Source: the human T2T-CHM13v2.0 reference genome, Homo sapiens
DNA length: 64,000 nucleotides
Assembly (NCBI RefSeq): GCF_009914755.1
Contig: NC_060927.1
Strand: one strand, 5' to 3'
The position numbers and the translations under genes are program-made. Of this stretch, positions 1-15,919 are shown piece by piece; the stretch's first letter is position 1, and every line of letters begins with the position of its first letter. The notes beneath the pieces were generated by a model. That model did no database searches. It was given only the letters and a program-made list of their open reading frames with translations, and was not told where the DNA came from.

Positions 1-2220
<2,220 letters not shown>

Positions 2221-2283
2221 GATGATGTTAGCTGGTTATTTTGCTCGTTAGTTGATGCCGTTTCTTCCTAGTCTCGATAGTCT

Positions 2284-3292
2284 TTACATTTTGGCATGAT
2301 TTTGCAGCGGCTGGTACTGGTTTTTCCTTTCCATGTTTAGTGCTTCCTTCAGGAGCTCTTTTAGGGCAGGCCTGGTGGTGACAAAATCTCTCAGCATTTG
2401 CTTGTCTGTAAAGTATTTTATTTCTCCTTCGCTTATGAAGCTTAGTTTGGCTGGATATGAAATTCTGGGTTGAAAATTCTTTTCTTTAAGAATGTTGAAT
2501 ATTGGCCCCCACTCTCTTCTGGCTTGTAGGGTTTCTGCCGAGAGATCCGCTGTTGGGCTTCCCTTTGAGGGTAACCCGACCTTTCTCTCTGGCTGCCCTT
2601 AACATTTTTTCCTTCATTTCAACTTTGGTGAATCTGACAATTATGTGTCTTGGAGTTGCACTTCTCGAGGAGTATCTTTGTGGCGTTCTCTGTATTTCCT
2701 GAATCTGAACGTTGGCCTGCCTTGCTAGATTGGGGAAGTTCTCCTGGATAATATCCTGCAGAGTGTTTTCCAACTTGGTTCCATTCTCTCCATCACTTTC
2801 AGGTACACCAATCAGACGTAGATTTGGTCTTTTCACATAGTCCCATATTTCTTGGAGGCTTTGCTCATTTCTTTTTATTCTTTTTTCTCTAAACTTGCCT
2901 TCTCGCTTCATTTCATTCATTTCATCTTCCATTGCTGATACCCTTTCTTCCAGTTGATCGCATCAGCTCCTGAGGCTTCTGCATTCTTCACGTAGTTCTC
3001 AAGCCTTGGTTTTCAGCTCCATCAGCTCCTTTAAGCACTTCTCTGTATTGGTTATTCTAGTTATACATTCGTCTAAATTTTTTTCAAAGTTTTCAACTTC
3101 TTTGCCTTTGGTTTGAATGTCCTCCCGTAGCTCAGAGTAATTTGATCGTCTGAAGCCTTCTTCTCTCAACTGGTCAAAGTCATTCTCCATCCAGCTTTGT
3201 TCCATTGCTGGTGAGGAACTGCGTTCCTTTGGAGGAGGAGAGGCGCTCTGCTTTTTAGAGTTTCCAGTTTTTCTGTTCTGTTTTTTCCCCAT
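2284..3292 (-). pseudogene. L1 ORF1p, disrupted
   Basis: Starts MGKKQNRK at 3292 with a premature stop at 2999-3001. It resumes in ORF 2486-2932 and frameshifts near 2550. Terminal TAA at 2286-2284. Confidence 0.92.
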
Positions 3293-4189
3293 CTTTGTGG
3301 TTTTATCTACTTTTGGTCTTTGATGATGGTGATGTACAGATGGGTTTTTGGTGTGGATGTCCTTTCTGTTTGTTAGTTTTCCTTCTAACAGACAGGACCC
3401 TCAGCTGCAGGTCTGTTGGAATACCCTGCCGTGTGAGGTGTCGGTGTGCCCCTGCTGGGGGGTGCCTCCCAGTTAGGCTGCTTGGGGGTTAGGGGTCAGG
3501 GACCCACTTGAGGAGGCAGTCTGCCCGTTCTCAGATCTCCAGGTGCGTGCTGGGAGAACCACTGCTCTCTTCAAAGCTGTCAGACAGGGACATTTAAGTC
3601 TGCAGAGGTTACTGCTGTCTTTTTGTTTGTCTGTGCCCTGCCCCCAGAGGTGGAGCCTACAGAGGCAGGCAGGCCTCCTTGAGCTGTGGTGGGCTCCACC
3701 CAGTTCGAGCTTCCCAGCTGCTTTGTTTACCTAATCAAGCCTGGGCAATGGCGGGCGCCCCTCCCCCAGCCTCGCTGCCGCCTTGCAGTTTGATCTCAGA
3801 CTGCTGTGCTAGCAATCAGCGAGACTCCGTGGGCGTAGGACCCTCCGAGCCAGGTGTGGGATATAATCTCGTGGTGCGCCGTTTTTTAAGCCCGTCGGAA
3901 AAGCGCAGTATTCTGGTGGGAGTGACCCGATTTTCCAGGTGCTGTCAGTTCTTTGACTCGGAAAGGGAACTCCCTGACCCCTTGCACTTCCCAAGTGAGG
4001 CAATGCCTCGCCCTGCTTCGGCTCGTGCACGATGCGCGCACCCACTGACCTGCGCCCACTGTCTGGCACTCCCTAGTGAGATGAACCCGGTACCTCAGAT
4101 GGAAATGCAGAAATCACCTGTCTTCTGCTTCGCTCACGCTGGGAGCTGTAGACCGGAGCTGTTCCTGTTCGGCCATCTTGGCTCCTCCC
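3293..4189 (-). promoter_or_regulatory. L1 5' UTR with internal sense promoter, YY1 site and antisense promoter region
   Basis: YY1 motif CAAGATGGCC at 4171-4180 (minus). CpG-rich stretch ~3750-4170. Matches the recalled L1PA 5' UTR. Confidence 0.85.
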
Positions 4190-4233
4190 TGCCAGATAGC
4201 TCTTATTTTGAGGTATGTTCCTTCAATGCCTAG
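3748..4233 (+). CDS. L1 antisense ORF0, C-terminally extended (161 aa)
   Basis: ATG at 3748 in good Kozak context (GCAATGG). [47 protein letters not shown]... is the primate ORF0 peptide. The frame stays open to TAG at 4231-4233. Expression is unknown. Confidence 0.6.
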   Translation: MAGAPPPASLPPCSLISDCCASNQRDSVGVGPSEPGVGYNLVVRRFLSPSEKRSILVGVTRFSRCCQFFDSERELPDPLHFPSEAMPRPASARARCAHPLTCAHCLALPSEMNPVPQMEMQKSPVFCFAHAGSCRPELFLFGHLGSSLPDSSYFEVCSFNA

Positions 4234-5050
4234 TTTGTTGAGGGTTTTTATCATGAAGGGATGTTGGATTTTATCAAAAGGTTTTTCCATGTCTATTGAG
4301 AGATCATATGTTTTTGTCTGTAGTTCTGTTTATGTGGTGTATCATGTTTATTGATTTATGTATGTCGAATCAACCTTGCATCCAAGGAATGAAGCCAAGT
4401 ATGGTCACGGTGAATTAACTTTTTTATATCCTGTTGGATTTGGTTTGCTAGTATTTTGTTGAGGATTTTTGCATCTACGTTTATAAGGGATATGTGCCCG
4501 TAGTTTTCTTTTTTTGTTGTATCTTTGCCAGGTTTTGATATCAGGAGATATTGCTTTCATAGAATGAGTTAGAGAGGAGTGCCTCCTCAAATTTTTGGAG
4601 TAGTTTCAGAATTGGTAACAGTTCTTTGTATAACTGGTAGAATTTAGTTGGGAATCCATCTGGTTTTGAGCTTGCTGTGGCTGATAGGTTTTTTTTAATT
4701 ACTGATTCAATTTTGGAACTTGATGTTGGTCATTCAGGGTTCCAATTTCTTCCTGATTCAATCTTGGGAGATTGTGTGTTTCCAGGAATTTATCAGTTTC
4801 CTCTAGATTTTCTAGTTTGTGTGAATAGATGTTCATAGTGGCCTCTGAGGATCTTTTGTATTTCTGTATGGTCAGTGGTAACATCACTTTTGTCATTTCT
4901 TATTGTGCTGATTTAAATCTACTCTCTTTTGTTCATTAGTAGTCTTGCTAAAAGTCTATTTACCTTATTTGTCCTTTCAAATAACCAACTTTTTGTTTCA
5001 ATGATTCTTTGTATGAATTTTTGGGTCTCAATTTTATTCAGTTCTGCTCT
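4191..5050 (-). mobile_element. Older, more diverged L1 ORF2 fragment (probable host of the young L1)
   Basis: Diverged ORF2 peptides ([28 protein letters not shown]; ORFs 4405-4590 and 4699-4896) start immediately after the 5' end of the young L1. Confidence 0.85.
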
Positions 5051-6784
5051 ATCACCTCTATTTTAAAAGTAAAAACATTCCTGCTTTTATTCCTAAGCAT
5101 GACTTATTTTAAAATTCCAATAAAAATTTAATTTATCATTGAATGTCCAAATCTTCTGCCTTCTCTTTAATATGAAATTTGGGGAAAGATACATTTCTTC
5201 TGATTTAACAACATTCTTCATACCTAAAGTCAAAAGGGAAAACTTTGCTTTGTATTTTTCTGTGTCTTCTTTTATAGTGTTTTCACAATGTCGTTGGTGG
5301 CCAAATTATTGTGCTTGAAATTTTGTGTTTGGTTAACACAAGCATACAAAAGAGGGAGTTTAATGTTTAGTGTCTGATTATTACTATTATTTATTAAAAT
5401 TTTTTGCCTACTTTTTGTCATGCTGGCAGTATCTCCATCTCAATTTGCATATGGGGAGCCAAGTTTGAAAACTAATTCCTTCGAAAGGAAGAATGTTTCA
5501 ATATTATGGGAATCCAGTTTATCCATATTTACAAGCTTAACTTATTCTACTTTTACTACTCCATCTAATTTGCATCTTTGATATTCACTGTGGCTGTAGT
5601 CAGAATAGTTTTCTCTTAATTTATGTGCAGGCCTCAATTACTGGTAAGCAACAGGTATTGGTCAATCACAAAGTGTTTTAGATCAAAACAGAAGACCTTA
5701 AGGCCAAAGTTTTGTGCTTTGACCATTCCCATGAGCCCTTCTTGGTATCCACAGCATGTTCCCATTATTGTGATATGGATTTAAAGAAAGGTTTTAAAAG
5801 CATGACAGATTAGCAACATTTAATCATCCTTGTATGGAACCATTACACTCAAAATGTGATCCAAAACTAACATTACACAGAATCTTTTGTAAAAATTTCT
5901 GATCCCATGGCTACCCATGCAGTGCAAAATATTTATGTGAGCACAAATTTTTCAAAGCAAAGCACTATCAAAAGGGTATTATATCATGTCTCCTTTTTAC
6001 TGCCTTCATGGTCTTACTTAATATTTGTGCTAGACACTTTCACTGCAAGAACCCCCTTGAAAGAAACATCTGTAAAGAAAGTTTAGGACATTGAAATGCC
6101 AACACTAAAAAAACTTAAAACTTACCCCTAAACAGAGTTTTCTGAATAATCATATCAACTTAAATAGAAACAGAAGTTCCTGCTCTGAAGATAAGGGACT
6201 AGTCTTTTCTTTGGCTCCTATATCTTCACACATACTTCTGGGCTGTAGATCAGTTCTGCAGTTTCCAGGTCCAGAGAAATCAGCATCCTTCAAGAACCAC
6301 AAGGCAAGAGGAGAGGTCCTTGCAAATACCTCTAAAGCTCTGTCCATCTACCCTGTCAACTCTACCTGCCTGCATGTGATGATAACAATTTTTTACATCA
6401 TGGTTCTTAGTCCTGACCCCTCAGAATTTACAACTGTCATGAACCTTGTTGTTAGCTGTCAGTCTATGGTCATCAAGGTTTCCCCCTTCAAATGTCTGGT
6501 TCTGATCTTTGAATAACTCTGGCCTACTTACAGTCATACGGCCCTCCCGTAAACCCCTCCAGCCTCTTTCTCCCACTGGAATTTCCTACCATAGTAGCTC
6601 TTTACTGCCTCTGCCTGATCTAAGCAGGTATAACCCTAGAAGGTTGACCAACGGGGAGTTGACTTTCTAGGTCTGGACAAGACATAAGCAATGAGCATAT
6701 TAATAATAAATGGAAATAATGTTGAAGGAAGTAGTTGCCTGACTAATGTCATGATGTTCTACACACCCATAGACACTGTCATTC

Positions 6785-6835
6785 TCTCTCTCTACGTGTC
6801 TCCATCTCTCTCTCTCTCTTTTCTCTTCTCTTCTT
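6785..6835. repeat. (TC)n-rich simple repeat
   Basis: ctctctctctacgtgtctccatctctctctctctcttttctcttctc. Confidence 0.7.
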
Positions 6836-8319
6836 ATTCTGACATGAAGCAGATGAATCAGAATGAGTGAAGGAGAATAGACAAAACAAAACCACAAGCA
6901 CAACACGAAGGGAAAAATAGTGACACCTTTAACTGATGAGAAATAAACCAGAGAATCCGTGAGGGCCATTTTATACAAACATGTAAATGAATATTAACTC
7001 CTCAAGTTCAATAACTAACAGTGAGTTATAGGAAATACCTTGCAATGACCAACCATGCACAGAATACTGCATGTTTTCTTTGCTCAGTTAGCCACATCAA
7101 AAGTGTTTTCTACAAACTGCTAATGAAAGAAACACATGAGTACAGGCTAAGCATGCTTAGAAATCTCTATGATCTCTCAATCTCCATCTTCCTGGCATAA
7201 AGATGTTTCTGTGGGGATTGAAGCAGCAGACACACGTTTACACATTTCTGCGTACATATATATACATATATATATGTCTCCATTATCAGAAATTCTTCTA
7301 GAAATTTTGTGAATTGCTGAGAAGAATGCTCATAATTTTAAGATAATGCTAAAGATACTAGAGAAGAAAAATTAGGAAGTTAGCAACAATCAATAAGTGG
7401 GTTTGACTGGTATTGAATGAGGGATGGTAGACATAAATAGCTCACAAAATCCTTACAAAAGAACCTGAAATACCAAGAAGAGTATTTTTCCAAAATTTGG
7501 GATTTGACAAAATGAAGACTAAAGATCCTTATAAATAGATAAATTGTCAATTAGCAAGTAGTTGAGATCTCACAATTCCTTAATATCTGGAAATTTAGAA
7601 ACATTGAGCTATTTGGTGGTGTAGCCCCTATAATTTCATTTTTTAATGATAATTTATATTGTTTCTCACACAGCACTCTTGCTTTTATTAAAAATAAAAT
7701 TTCTGCAATTTAAAAGTAGTTCCTAAAAACTGATTCAGACCCAAGAGACTTGAAGAGAGTGTATGTACCTAAAGGGGTCCATGCAAAGGTTATATCACAT
7801 TATCACTTCATCATCGACCTATCCTGGGGAAATCACGAGGGGGTTAACCTCTATAGCTAATTCCTCTCTCAGGGTCGATCCCTCAGTTCTAGCTCTTCAT
7901 CCGTAGCTTCCTGGCCTTCTTTCCTTAGGCATTCCTAGCCCCTACTGTGGTGCTCTGCCCTGCCCTCAAAATCTCCATTCCTGTGTGCTTTGTGTACTCC
8001 AAGGGGACAGTTAGCCAATAGGATTCCTCCATCTTCACGATGGTGCTCATGAAGCCTCAGGTCTTTAAGGGTCTTTCTTCCCATTCCCCTAAGTGTTGAG
8101 GACTTCTGGAGAGCGTGCCTCTGCCTTTGGTTGTCTAATGCAAACGAGGGACTATAGGACAAGGAAAGAGGATCTTTTCTGAAGAAATGCCAGTCAGAAA
8201 GGGATCCACACTCAGTCATCCCATGGTTTCCTCTCCTTCTCTTTTATCTCCCCAGATGCATGTGGCCACCATCCCCTGGCCCCAAGTACCTTCAGATCCT
8301 CATAGGTATCTTGTCTTAG

Positions 8320-8628
<309 letters not shown>

Positions 8629-9588
8629 ATCTTAGGTTAAGTTTTCATTTCTCCCTTTGATAAGCTGAGAGCAGTTGGGATTTTCCAAGAGAATATTTAA
8701 GAGGAAACTGTGGGAATACTAATGGGAAGAGACAGGCTAAAAGGAAAACATGCCCTTTCTCAGAAAGACTCAGATCTGAATGCAAATGGTTTGGACTGGG
8801 TTGTCTTACTGTTGTGGGAATCTGGCCTCCTGGATCCTTTCCCATATAATTATCTCTGGGGACTAATGTTTGCAAGCCCCTTTTCAGTCCCCCATTGACC
8901 ATCCTTCTCTTTTTCCATATCTACGAAGGAGTTGTGTTTGCTTTTCCTGATGGGCAATGGGACTCAGTAAATAATGAGCCATCTTCAGGTAAAGAGAGAC
9001 CTCAGATTTCCAAGGAAAGAGAGAAATGTAACAAACTGAATTCCATATTACGGTAAAGGGTAAAGGGGTGCTTTTCAATGCTCTAGTAATAGGAATTTGG
9101 GATCCTTGGCTACAGACAGACTAATAATGGTGCATATATGTCTAGGCAGGCAGGGCTCCTGAGATTAGGCACTTGTCCATACCATGTATGAGTACATGAT
9201 GTCTGATGCCTAGCCACCTTACTTGGCAGAACAGAAAAACACAGAGACCAAGGAGTCCACAATGTGGGTCATTCTCTAACCTCCTTCCAAGATACATTGG
9301 AATCCCCTGCTAGCAGAGATATTTCTGAGCATGAAAATGGCCCTCAAGTACAAGCTGCAGAAGAGAGGAGGAAAGGAAGTAGTAGACCTGGATATTCTAA
9401 CCCAGATGACAATTTGTAATTCTAGTTTCAGGATTGAGAGTCTTTGAGAAAGTGCATTGGAACAGGAATTGGTATGCCTGGGTTTTAGGTCTGGTTCCTT
9501 ATTTTCTTGCTTTACCTCTCTGGGTGTTGGTAGTCTTAAGTCCAATATGAAAAAGACTGAACTAGTTGGTTTTTAAGTACTTTCAGCC

Positions 9589-9830
9589 AATGCTTCTCAA
9601 ATTGTGTATGGTGAAGTTCTAGTTTTGTTTTTGTTTTATGTACATTTGGTTGCAGACTAGTTCTTTCGTACAACACAATAAAAATAATTGCCAGAAAAGC
9701 AAGCACATGCCTAGATGTCACAGAAACACCAAACTGCTACGAAAGTTTCTAAATATTCCTGTCAATACCTGTCCTTATCTTGTCACAGACTGCAGCACCA
9801 GTTCTTGGGTCACATGTTGAATAACATTGC
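9589..9830. mobile_element. Possible hAT-Charlie/MER DNA-transposon relic
   Basis: Termini CAATGCTTCTCAAA ... TTGAATAACATTG resemble degenerate Charlie-type TIRs. No TSD seen. Confidence 0.35.
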
Positions 9831-9865
9831 TTAGAATTCCAGCCTTCTGAGTATAAGTTGTGAAT

Positions 9866-10075
9866 CTGGCCAACATGGTGAAACCCTGTCTCTACTAAAA
9901 TACAAAAGATTAGCCGGGCATGGTGGCGTGTGCCTGTAGTCCCAGCTACTCAATTAAAGGCTGAGGCAGGGGAGTCGCTTGAACCCGGGAGACAGGTTGC
10001 AGTGAGCTGAGATCACGCCACTGCACTCCAGCCTGGAGACAGAGCAAGACAAAAAACAAAACAAAACAAAAAAAA
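9866..10075 (+). mobile_element. 5'-truncated AluS
   Basis: Starts at CTGGCCAACATGGTGAAACCC, followed by the right monomer and an A/CAAAA tail. No TSD visible. Confidence 0.9.
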
Positions 10076-10156
10076 CCACAGACAAACGAACACAAAACCA
10101 TAAAAGTACAACGCCTTGCAATTCACTTGCAAGAAAAATTGACATCAGTGTAGTAT

Positions 10157-10270
10157 ATGTGAAAAAGACTAGGTTGGTCTGTGTATCTGTTTCAGTGGCT
10201 CAAGCCACACCTGGGATGTCTACTGAGTTATGGAATAAAACAGTGTCATAAACTATTATAATACAATTTT
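10157..10270 (+). repeat. Left arm of a ~100-bp inverted repeat
   Basis: Reverse complement of 11418-11527, with 8 mismatches over ~101 bp counted by eye. Confidence 0.9.
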
Positions 10271-10277
10271 TGTATAG

Positions 10278-10532
<255 letters not shown>

Positions 10533-10599
10533 TGAAGTAGAGAAAACAAAAACAAATTCTATCTTCAGCTGGGCCTGCTGCTACAAAATGGAATACACA

Positions 10600-10810
10600 C
10601 TGTGTTCAAGGCACTGGGCTAAAACATTCACAGTCACTGTCTTACTTAATACTCACACAAGGCTATGAGGAAGACATGATTATTGTCTCCACTTTACAGA
10701 TGAACAAATTGAAACTTAGAGAGGTTACAAAACTGGCACAGTTCCGAAAAATGGAGGTTCTATGATGCAAACACAGGCTCGACTAACTTCAACATGTGTA
10801 ATATAATCAT
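10600..10810 (-). mobile_element. MIR relic
   Basis: MIR core CCACTTTACAGATGAACAAATTGAAACTTAGAGAGGTT. Confidence 0.6.
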
Positions 10811-10899
10811 TATGCTGTATTATAATTCATAATTACATTTATGGACAACAATAGCTATCTACCAAAATTATGCTCTGTGGTACAATGGAATATTTGCCC

Positions 10900-11420
10900 T
10901 AAATTAGGTCACAGTCTGGAGGGAAAGACAAGTATGTAACAAAAAAGACGGTCAAAGATTGCTGGGAGAACAGAGAAAAGAGAACACCTAACTCTTCCTG
11001 GAGGGAATCAGAGAAAGTGCCACATAGGAGGAAACTCGTGAGCTAATGTTTGGGGAATTAGTGGACATTAGCCAGGCAGAAAAAGCTGGTGGTCATTCCT
11101 GGCAAAGGAATGCAAAGGCAGGAAGGCTTAAGAGAATCTGGCACATTGCAGAACAGTAAATTCTTTCCATAGTCAGGGTGTAAGATATGGAATTTTGAAT
11201 ACTGAATGGAGGAGACATAAGAGACATGATGGGGAGAAAAGGCAGAAGGCAGAACACGGAGAACTTTGCACGCTATGCTAAGGACTTTGGACTTTTTCCA
11301 AGTGTAGCAAAAAAAAAAAAAGCCATTGAAGGAGTGTCTGTAACATGATCACGTTTGTGTCTTAGATAACTTTAAGAATGGATTAGAGGATTGTGTAAGG
11401 CTTAGGGCCTTGGGTAGAAA
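10900..11420 (-). mobile_element. L2 relic
   Basis: Purine-rich L2-like motifs (GGGAATCAGAGAAAG..., AGGACTTTGGACTTT, AGCCATTGAAGG, ACATGATCACGTTTGTG). Confidence 0.5.
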
Positions 11421-11527
11421 AATTGCAATAGTTCATGACACCATTTTATTTCATAACTCAGTAGACATCTCAGGTGTGGCTTGAGCCACAGAAACAGAAA
11501 CACAGGCCAACCTAGTCTTTTTCACAT
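11418..11527 (-). repeat. Right arm of the ~100-bp inverted repeat
   Basis: AAAAATTGCAATAGTTCATGACACC...CCTAGTCTTTTTCACAT is the reverse complement of 10157-10270. Confidence 0.9.
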
Positions 11528-12589
11528 CTTTCAGAGTTGAAGGTCTAGAACCACCCAGATCTCCTCAGGCCACTCACTCATTCGCTAATTTCTTAATTCA
11601 ATAGACAGCAATTTGACATTTGTTTTTCAAGTGCTAAGATCAGACTTAGAGCAAACTCTTACCATTCAGTTTTTCACAAGACAAACCCACATCCTCTAAA
11701 CTAAGTCAGATTGAACAGGCTCTTCCCCCTAAGTAGTAGAGGTGTAAAGTTATCATTATGCATGTCTCTCTCTGCCCTCCACTCCCTAGCAGTTACCTTT
11801 GTGCATCCATCTTACTACCAGAATCCCACCAGGAACACCAGTCATATGGGTCTATGCAGAGTCCCTGCATTCTAGATAATTACATGTGGTGTCAGAGTGC
11901 TGAGCTACCCTTAGGCCAAAGCTCCGCAGAGATTTCTGCAGAGGGACTGCCCACTATTGTGGGAGAAGTGCTGAACAGGGTGAAAACTGCATTGACTGAA
12001 AGATGTCAGTATCTTTCCCTAGCAGACCAATTTTCAGAAAGATAAAAATTCTTGTGTGGTTTGTAGAGACATTTCAAATAAAACCCACATCGTATCCACA
12101 AAGGAAGTTATTTGTTTCAGGCTCACCCATCCAGACAAGATGAAAATTTTGCCTTCTTGCTTGCATAGATTCTTGCACTGGATTCTTCAGTGTAAGAACA
12201 GGAACCAACACATCATACCAAAATACTTTATTTTTTGCCATGCTTTTCTTTCCGGATTCTACATAGTTGCTATCTTCAATAGTCTCAATAACAAAAATTT
12301 GCTTGAGGATCTATTGTGTGCAAAGCACTCAACAGGACACAGAAAAAAAAAATGTGTGAAGAGCATTACTGTCTGTGAGATCAGTCTAACTGAGACAGGA
12401 AAAAAGGTTCATAAGAAAAAATAAATAACACATGGAATATATTATGTTTTAAGTACAAGGTACCGGTAATGATTTCACATGAGGAAGAAATTCGTCTGAA
12501 TTGACAGGACAGGGAGGATTAAATTATCAGAGAGAACAATCCTGGAGGGGCTCACAGATGAATAGTATAAACACAAGGATTGGAAGATA

Positions 12590-12760
12590 ATATTTAACAT
12601 TCACACTACATTGCTAAACTGTTCTAGGCACTGTATGCATCTTAATTTATTTTATTCCTTATATCCTTATGAGATAAGTTCTAAATGATCTCTTATATTA
12701 AAGATGGGGCGAATACAGCACAGAGATTGAGTGATTTGCCCAATGTCATATGGAGCTAAG
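12590..12760 (-). mobile_element. MIR relic
   Basis: GTTCTAGGCACTG...CACAGAGATTGAGTGATTTGCCCAATGTCA. Confidence 0.55.
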
Positions 12761-15244
12761 AGGCTGTTAAGCACTCTTCTATATAACACAGCATAAAACG
12801 TGTGAACAACAGGCAGGCTTCATCCAGAGGCAGTAGGAGAGAGTAGGGGTGGGCGATGGTGTGCGTGGGGCAGATGGCAAGATCTGAAGGGAGCGGGGAC
12901 ATGCACAGAATTGCCCCCCAAACCCTGATATTCTCAAGGTGTGTGACAGCCTGAAAGCCATTCACTTCTGAATTTTAAGAATCAGCTCATTTTATATTTA
13001 AAAACATAGGTAATTTCAAAAGTCAGAACTCAAGTGGTGCAATTTTCCATAATCACAGAGTGCAGTGTTATTGGGATTCAAGGGGAAACTGGGGTAAGTG
13101 GTATTTTGTGTATCTACAAAAATGAATATTAATATGGCCTTCAATTGTTAAAATTTACTAATTAGTATTTCTCTAGAATTAGTACTTACAGAGCTGACTG
13201 ACATTTGTGTGAACATCAATTTTAATTAAAAAACAATCGTGAAGGTTATTTGGCCTCTTAATTTATCCTTTTCTCTGGAATTGTTTCTTGCTCCTTCCTC
13301 TTTCTGCCAAAAGCCAGAGACAGTAAGCAGTGACATCCTGAACAGGTCATTCCAATGCTCATCACAGTCCCACTTGGGTGGAAATGTGGAGTCAGCTCGC
13401 CTCCTCCCCACTCTAGTCAAAGGACACTGCATCTGGTTTAAGGAGAGGAGAGAAGAGTAGAGGGATGTGGCAGAATGGTGACATGGTTGGCATTTTAGGA
13501 AGGGAAATCTTTTGTAATCAAAGAATAAACCTCAGTTGAGTTGACACTATCTATTCTGGAACAAATTCACCAAACTCTTTTCCACCCCAAAACATGTTAC
13601 GAAAACAATGATCTCATTTGAAGGGGCAGAGAATGGTTAGATGAAGACTTCATCAGACAAGGTTACTGAAAAGGAAAAAAAAAATAAATCAACATCTGAG
13701 TTTTGTAAGTGCCTTAAAAAAAGTTGCTGAGAGGAAAACCAATAACTCTCTCCTCTCTACTCTTCCTCTAGCTCTAATTCAAACATCACACAAAATCCAC
13801 ACTCTTATTTTGAGATTTCGTTTTCTTCTATAGTCTTGTTCCTCTTCCCCTTCCTGAAGTTTTTAATATTTTGAAAACTTTTCCGTCATATGACATTCAT
13901 TTTCACACCTTCGACAGCTTATGTATTTCTGAGTCCTTTTAGTGAGCCCAGGTCTCCCAGACAAGCCTCACTTCAGGATAAAGTGGGGAGGCAGGTTCTT
14001 GCCAGGCATGACACAAAATGTCTTTTTTCTTATTGGTTGAACAGAGCCTTTCTACATTAGTCCCACAGTGCTGTGGAGTCCAGGAAAGGCATGATCAAGA
14101 ACAGGGCCAATCAGGAGTTATAAACAATGTTCCAGACTGCTTAGAGGAGACCCCTCTATGCGGCCTCAACTCCCCAGGACCAGAGAGGGAATGTGCCTTT
14201 CCCATCCTCTCCTTGTCTCTGAATAATAGGTGATATTTATTTAAGGTACTCATACTGAAGCCTCCATTTGTAATTGTTCAGATCCCTCTGGAAATAATTT
14301 TTAAAAACATAAAATTGTACAAAGTTCCCTGGTGGAAAAAAAAACATATCAGGTACTTAATTGCTTAAAATAAATCTTTATTGAATAGATGAAAGCAATA
14401 ACTTCTGGCATGCAGAGTAGAAACAGAAGCAGTATGATTCTCAGGAGAAGTGAAGTGTCAAAGGAGGACCTGGAGATCGCAAGGGAAGAGGGAGTGGTGT
14501 TGTTGGGGGAGCCCGGCACGGAGCGTGATTTGCTCCTTGGAAAGTCAGAGGTGATGGGTGTTTCTCATCTGGGCAGAGAAACAAACACAAGGAGTCAGGA
14601 TCTGCGGCTTCCTGGGTGGAAACAGGGCCAGACAAGACAGTTCAGACGGGACTAGAAAAGGAAGCAGAGGGGAAGCAATTGGCAAAAGGTTTTCCAATAG
14701 TCAGAGATGGTAACAAGCTGGTCCCAGATGCTTGGACCCAAATACTTAGAGCAATAAGTTGACTTCATAAGGTAAATTGTAAACTAGACAGTGCTGAGCC
14801 ATATCTAATTTATACTTTAGGTGTCCTCATGATTTTCTAGAAAAAAATTACTATAAATTTTAATTATTTTGGTTATTTTCCAGTTTTCTTCAATGTTTCT
14901 TGTTAAATTTTAATTTGAATCTCTTTTCCTAAAGCCACCTTGTAAATGAGTCTTTATTTTGAGATTTTTTTTTTCTTCCATTTATTTGCTGAATTTAATC
15001 AATACTCTTCATTTCTTCCTGGCTGGCTTTTGTTTGTTTATTTTTTGGTCCACTTGGGTTTTTGTTTTTCAATTTTTCATTCACTTCAAATACAGGTAAG
15101 TAAGGCTTGAAAGAGATGGGTATTTGTAGAAGCCACAGCCTGGCAGAGAAAGGAGCATCTGCAAAGGCACTGAGGCAGGAGCAAACCTATCTTATTTGAG
15201 CAAAATTAAGAAAATCCGCATGGCTGGATTAGAAGAGCAATGGG

Positions 15245-15430
15245 ATTATTTTTATTATGTGTCGGGCACTGTCTTAGGGGCTTTAAAAATATTAACTCAT
15301 TTTGTTCTCAAAACAACACTACGAACAGGATACGATTTTTAGCCTCATTTCACCAATGAGGAAGTGAGGCACAGACCAGTTAAGTAATTTACTCAAAAAC
15401 ACACAGAAAATAGAGCCACAGAATAGTCTG
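15245..15430 (-). mobile_element. MIR relic
   Basis: CTCATTTCACCAATGAGGAAGTGAGGCACAGACCAGTTAAGTAATTTACTC. Confidence 0.6.
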
Positions 15431-15559
15431 GTTCCATCTTTTATACTAGGAGAAGGAGGAAAAGAAAGAGGAGGAGATGGAGAGGAAAGTGGAAGGGGAA
15501 GGAGAGGAAGAGGACAGGGAAGACTAGGACAGGTGAAAGGTAACAGGGTACCTCAGCAG

Positions 15560-15770
15560 GTAGGTCTCACAGAGCATTTCTGGGACTCTCACTTTTACTC
15601 TGAGTGAGATGGAACATCATGGGAAGATTTTAATCAAGGAAGTGACATAATTTGATTTACATTGGAAAAGGATCCCTCTGGCTGCTGGGTTGAAAACAGA
15701 CTGTAAAAGAGAAAATGATGGAAGCAGGAAGACCAGCAAGGAAGCTATTAAAGTAACACAGGGTGTCAGA
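15560..15770 (-). mobile_element. L2 relic
   Basis: CTTTTACTCTGAGTGAGATGGAACATCATGGGAAGATTTT...GGATCCCTCTGGCTGCTG...AGACCAGCAAGGAAGCTATT. Confidence 0.6.
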
Positions 15771-15919
15771 TCAGCTGATATTCACAAATTCGGATTTTTC
15801 ATGCAAAAAAAACCTCATCTTTGTGTTTCTTTAAACATATTGGCAACTAATTCAAGCCTTTGTAAAATACTGTGACTGCTCATTAAAAGACATGTTGACA
15901 GACACCACCCCCTCACCCG

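Noticed and set aside
7826-7846. U1 snRNA-like string TGGGGAAATCACGAGGGG
   Set aside because: The similarity is under 20 nt and does not extend on either side.
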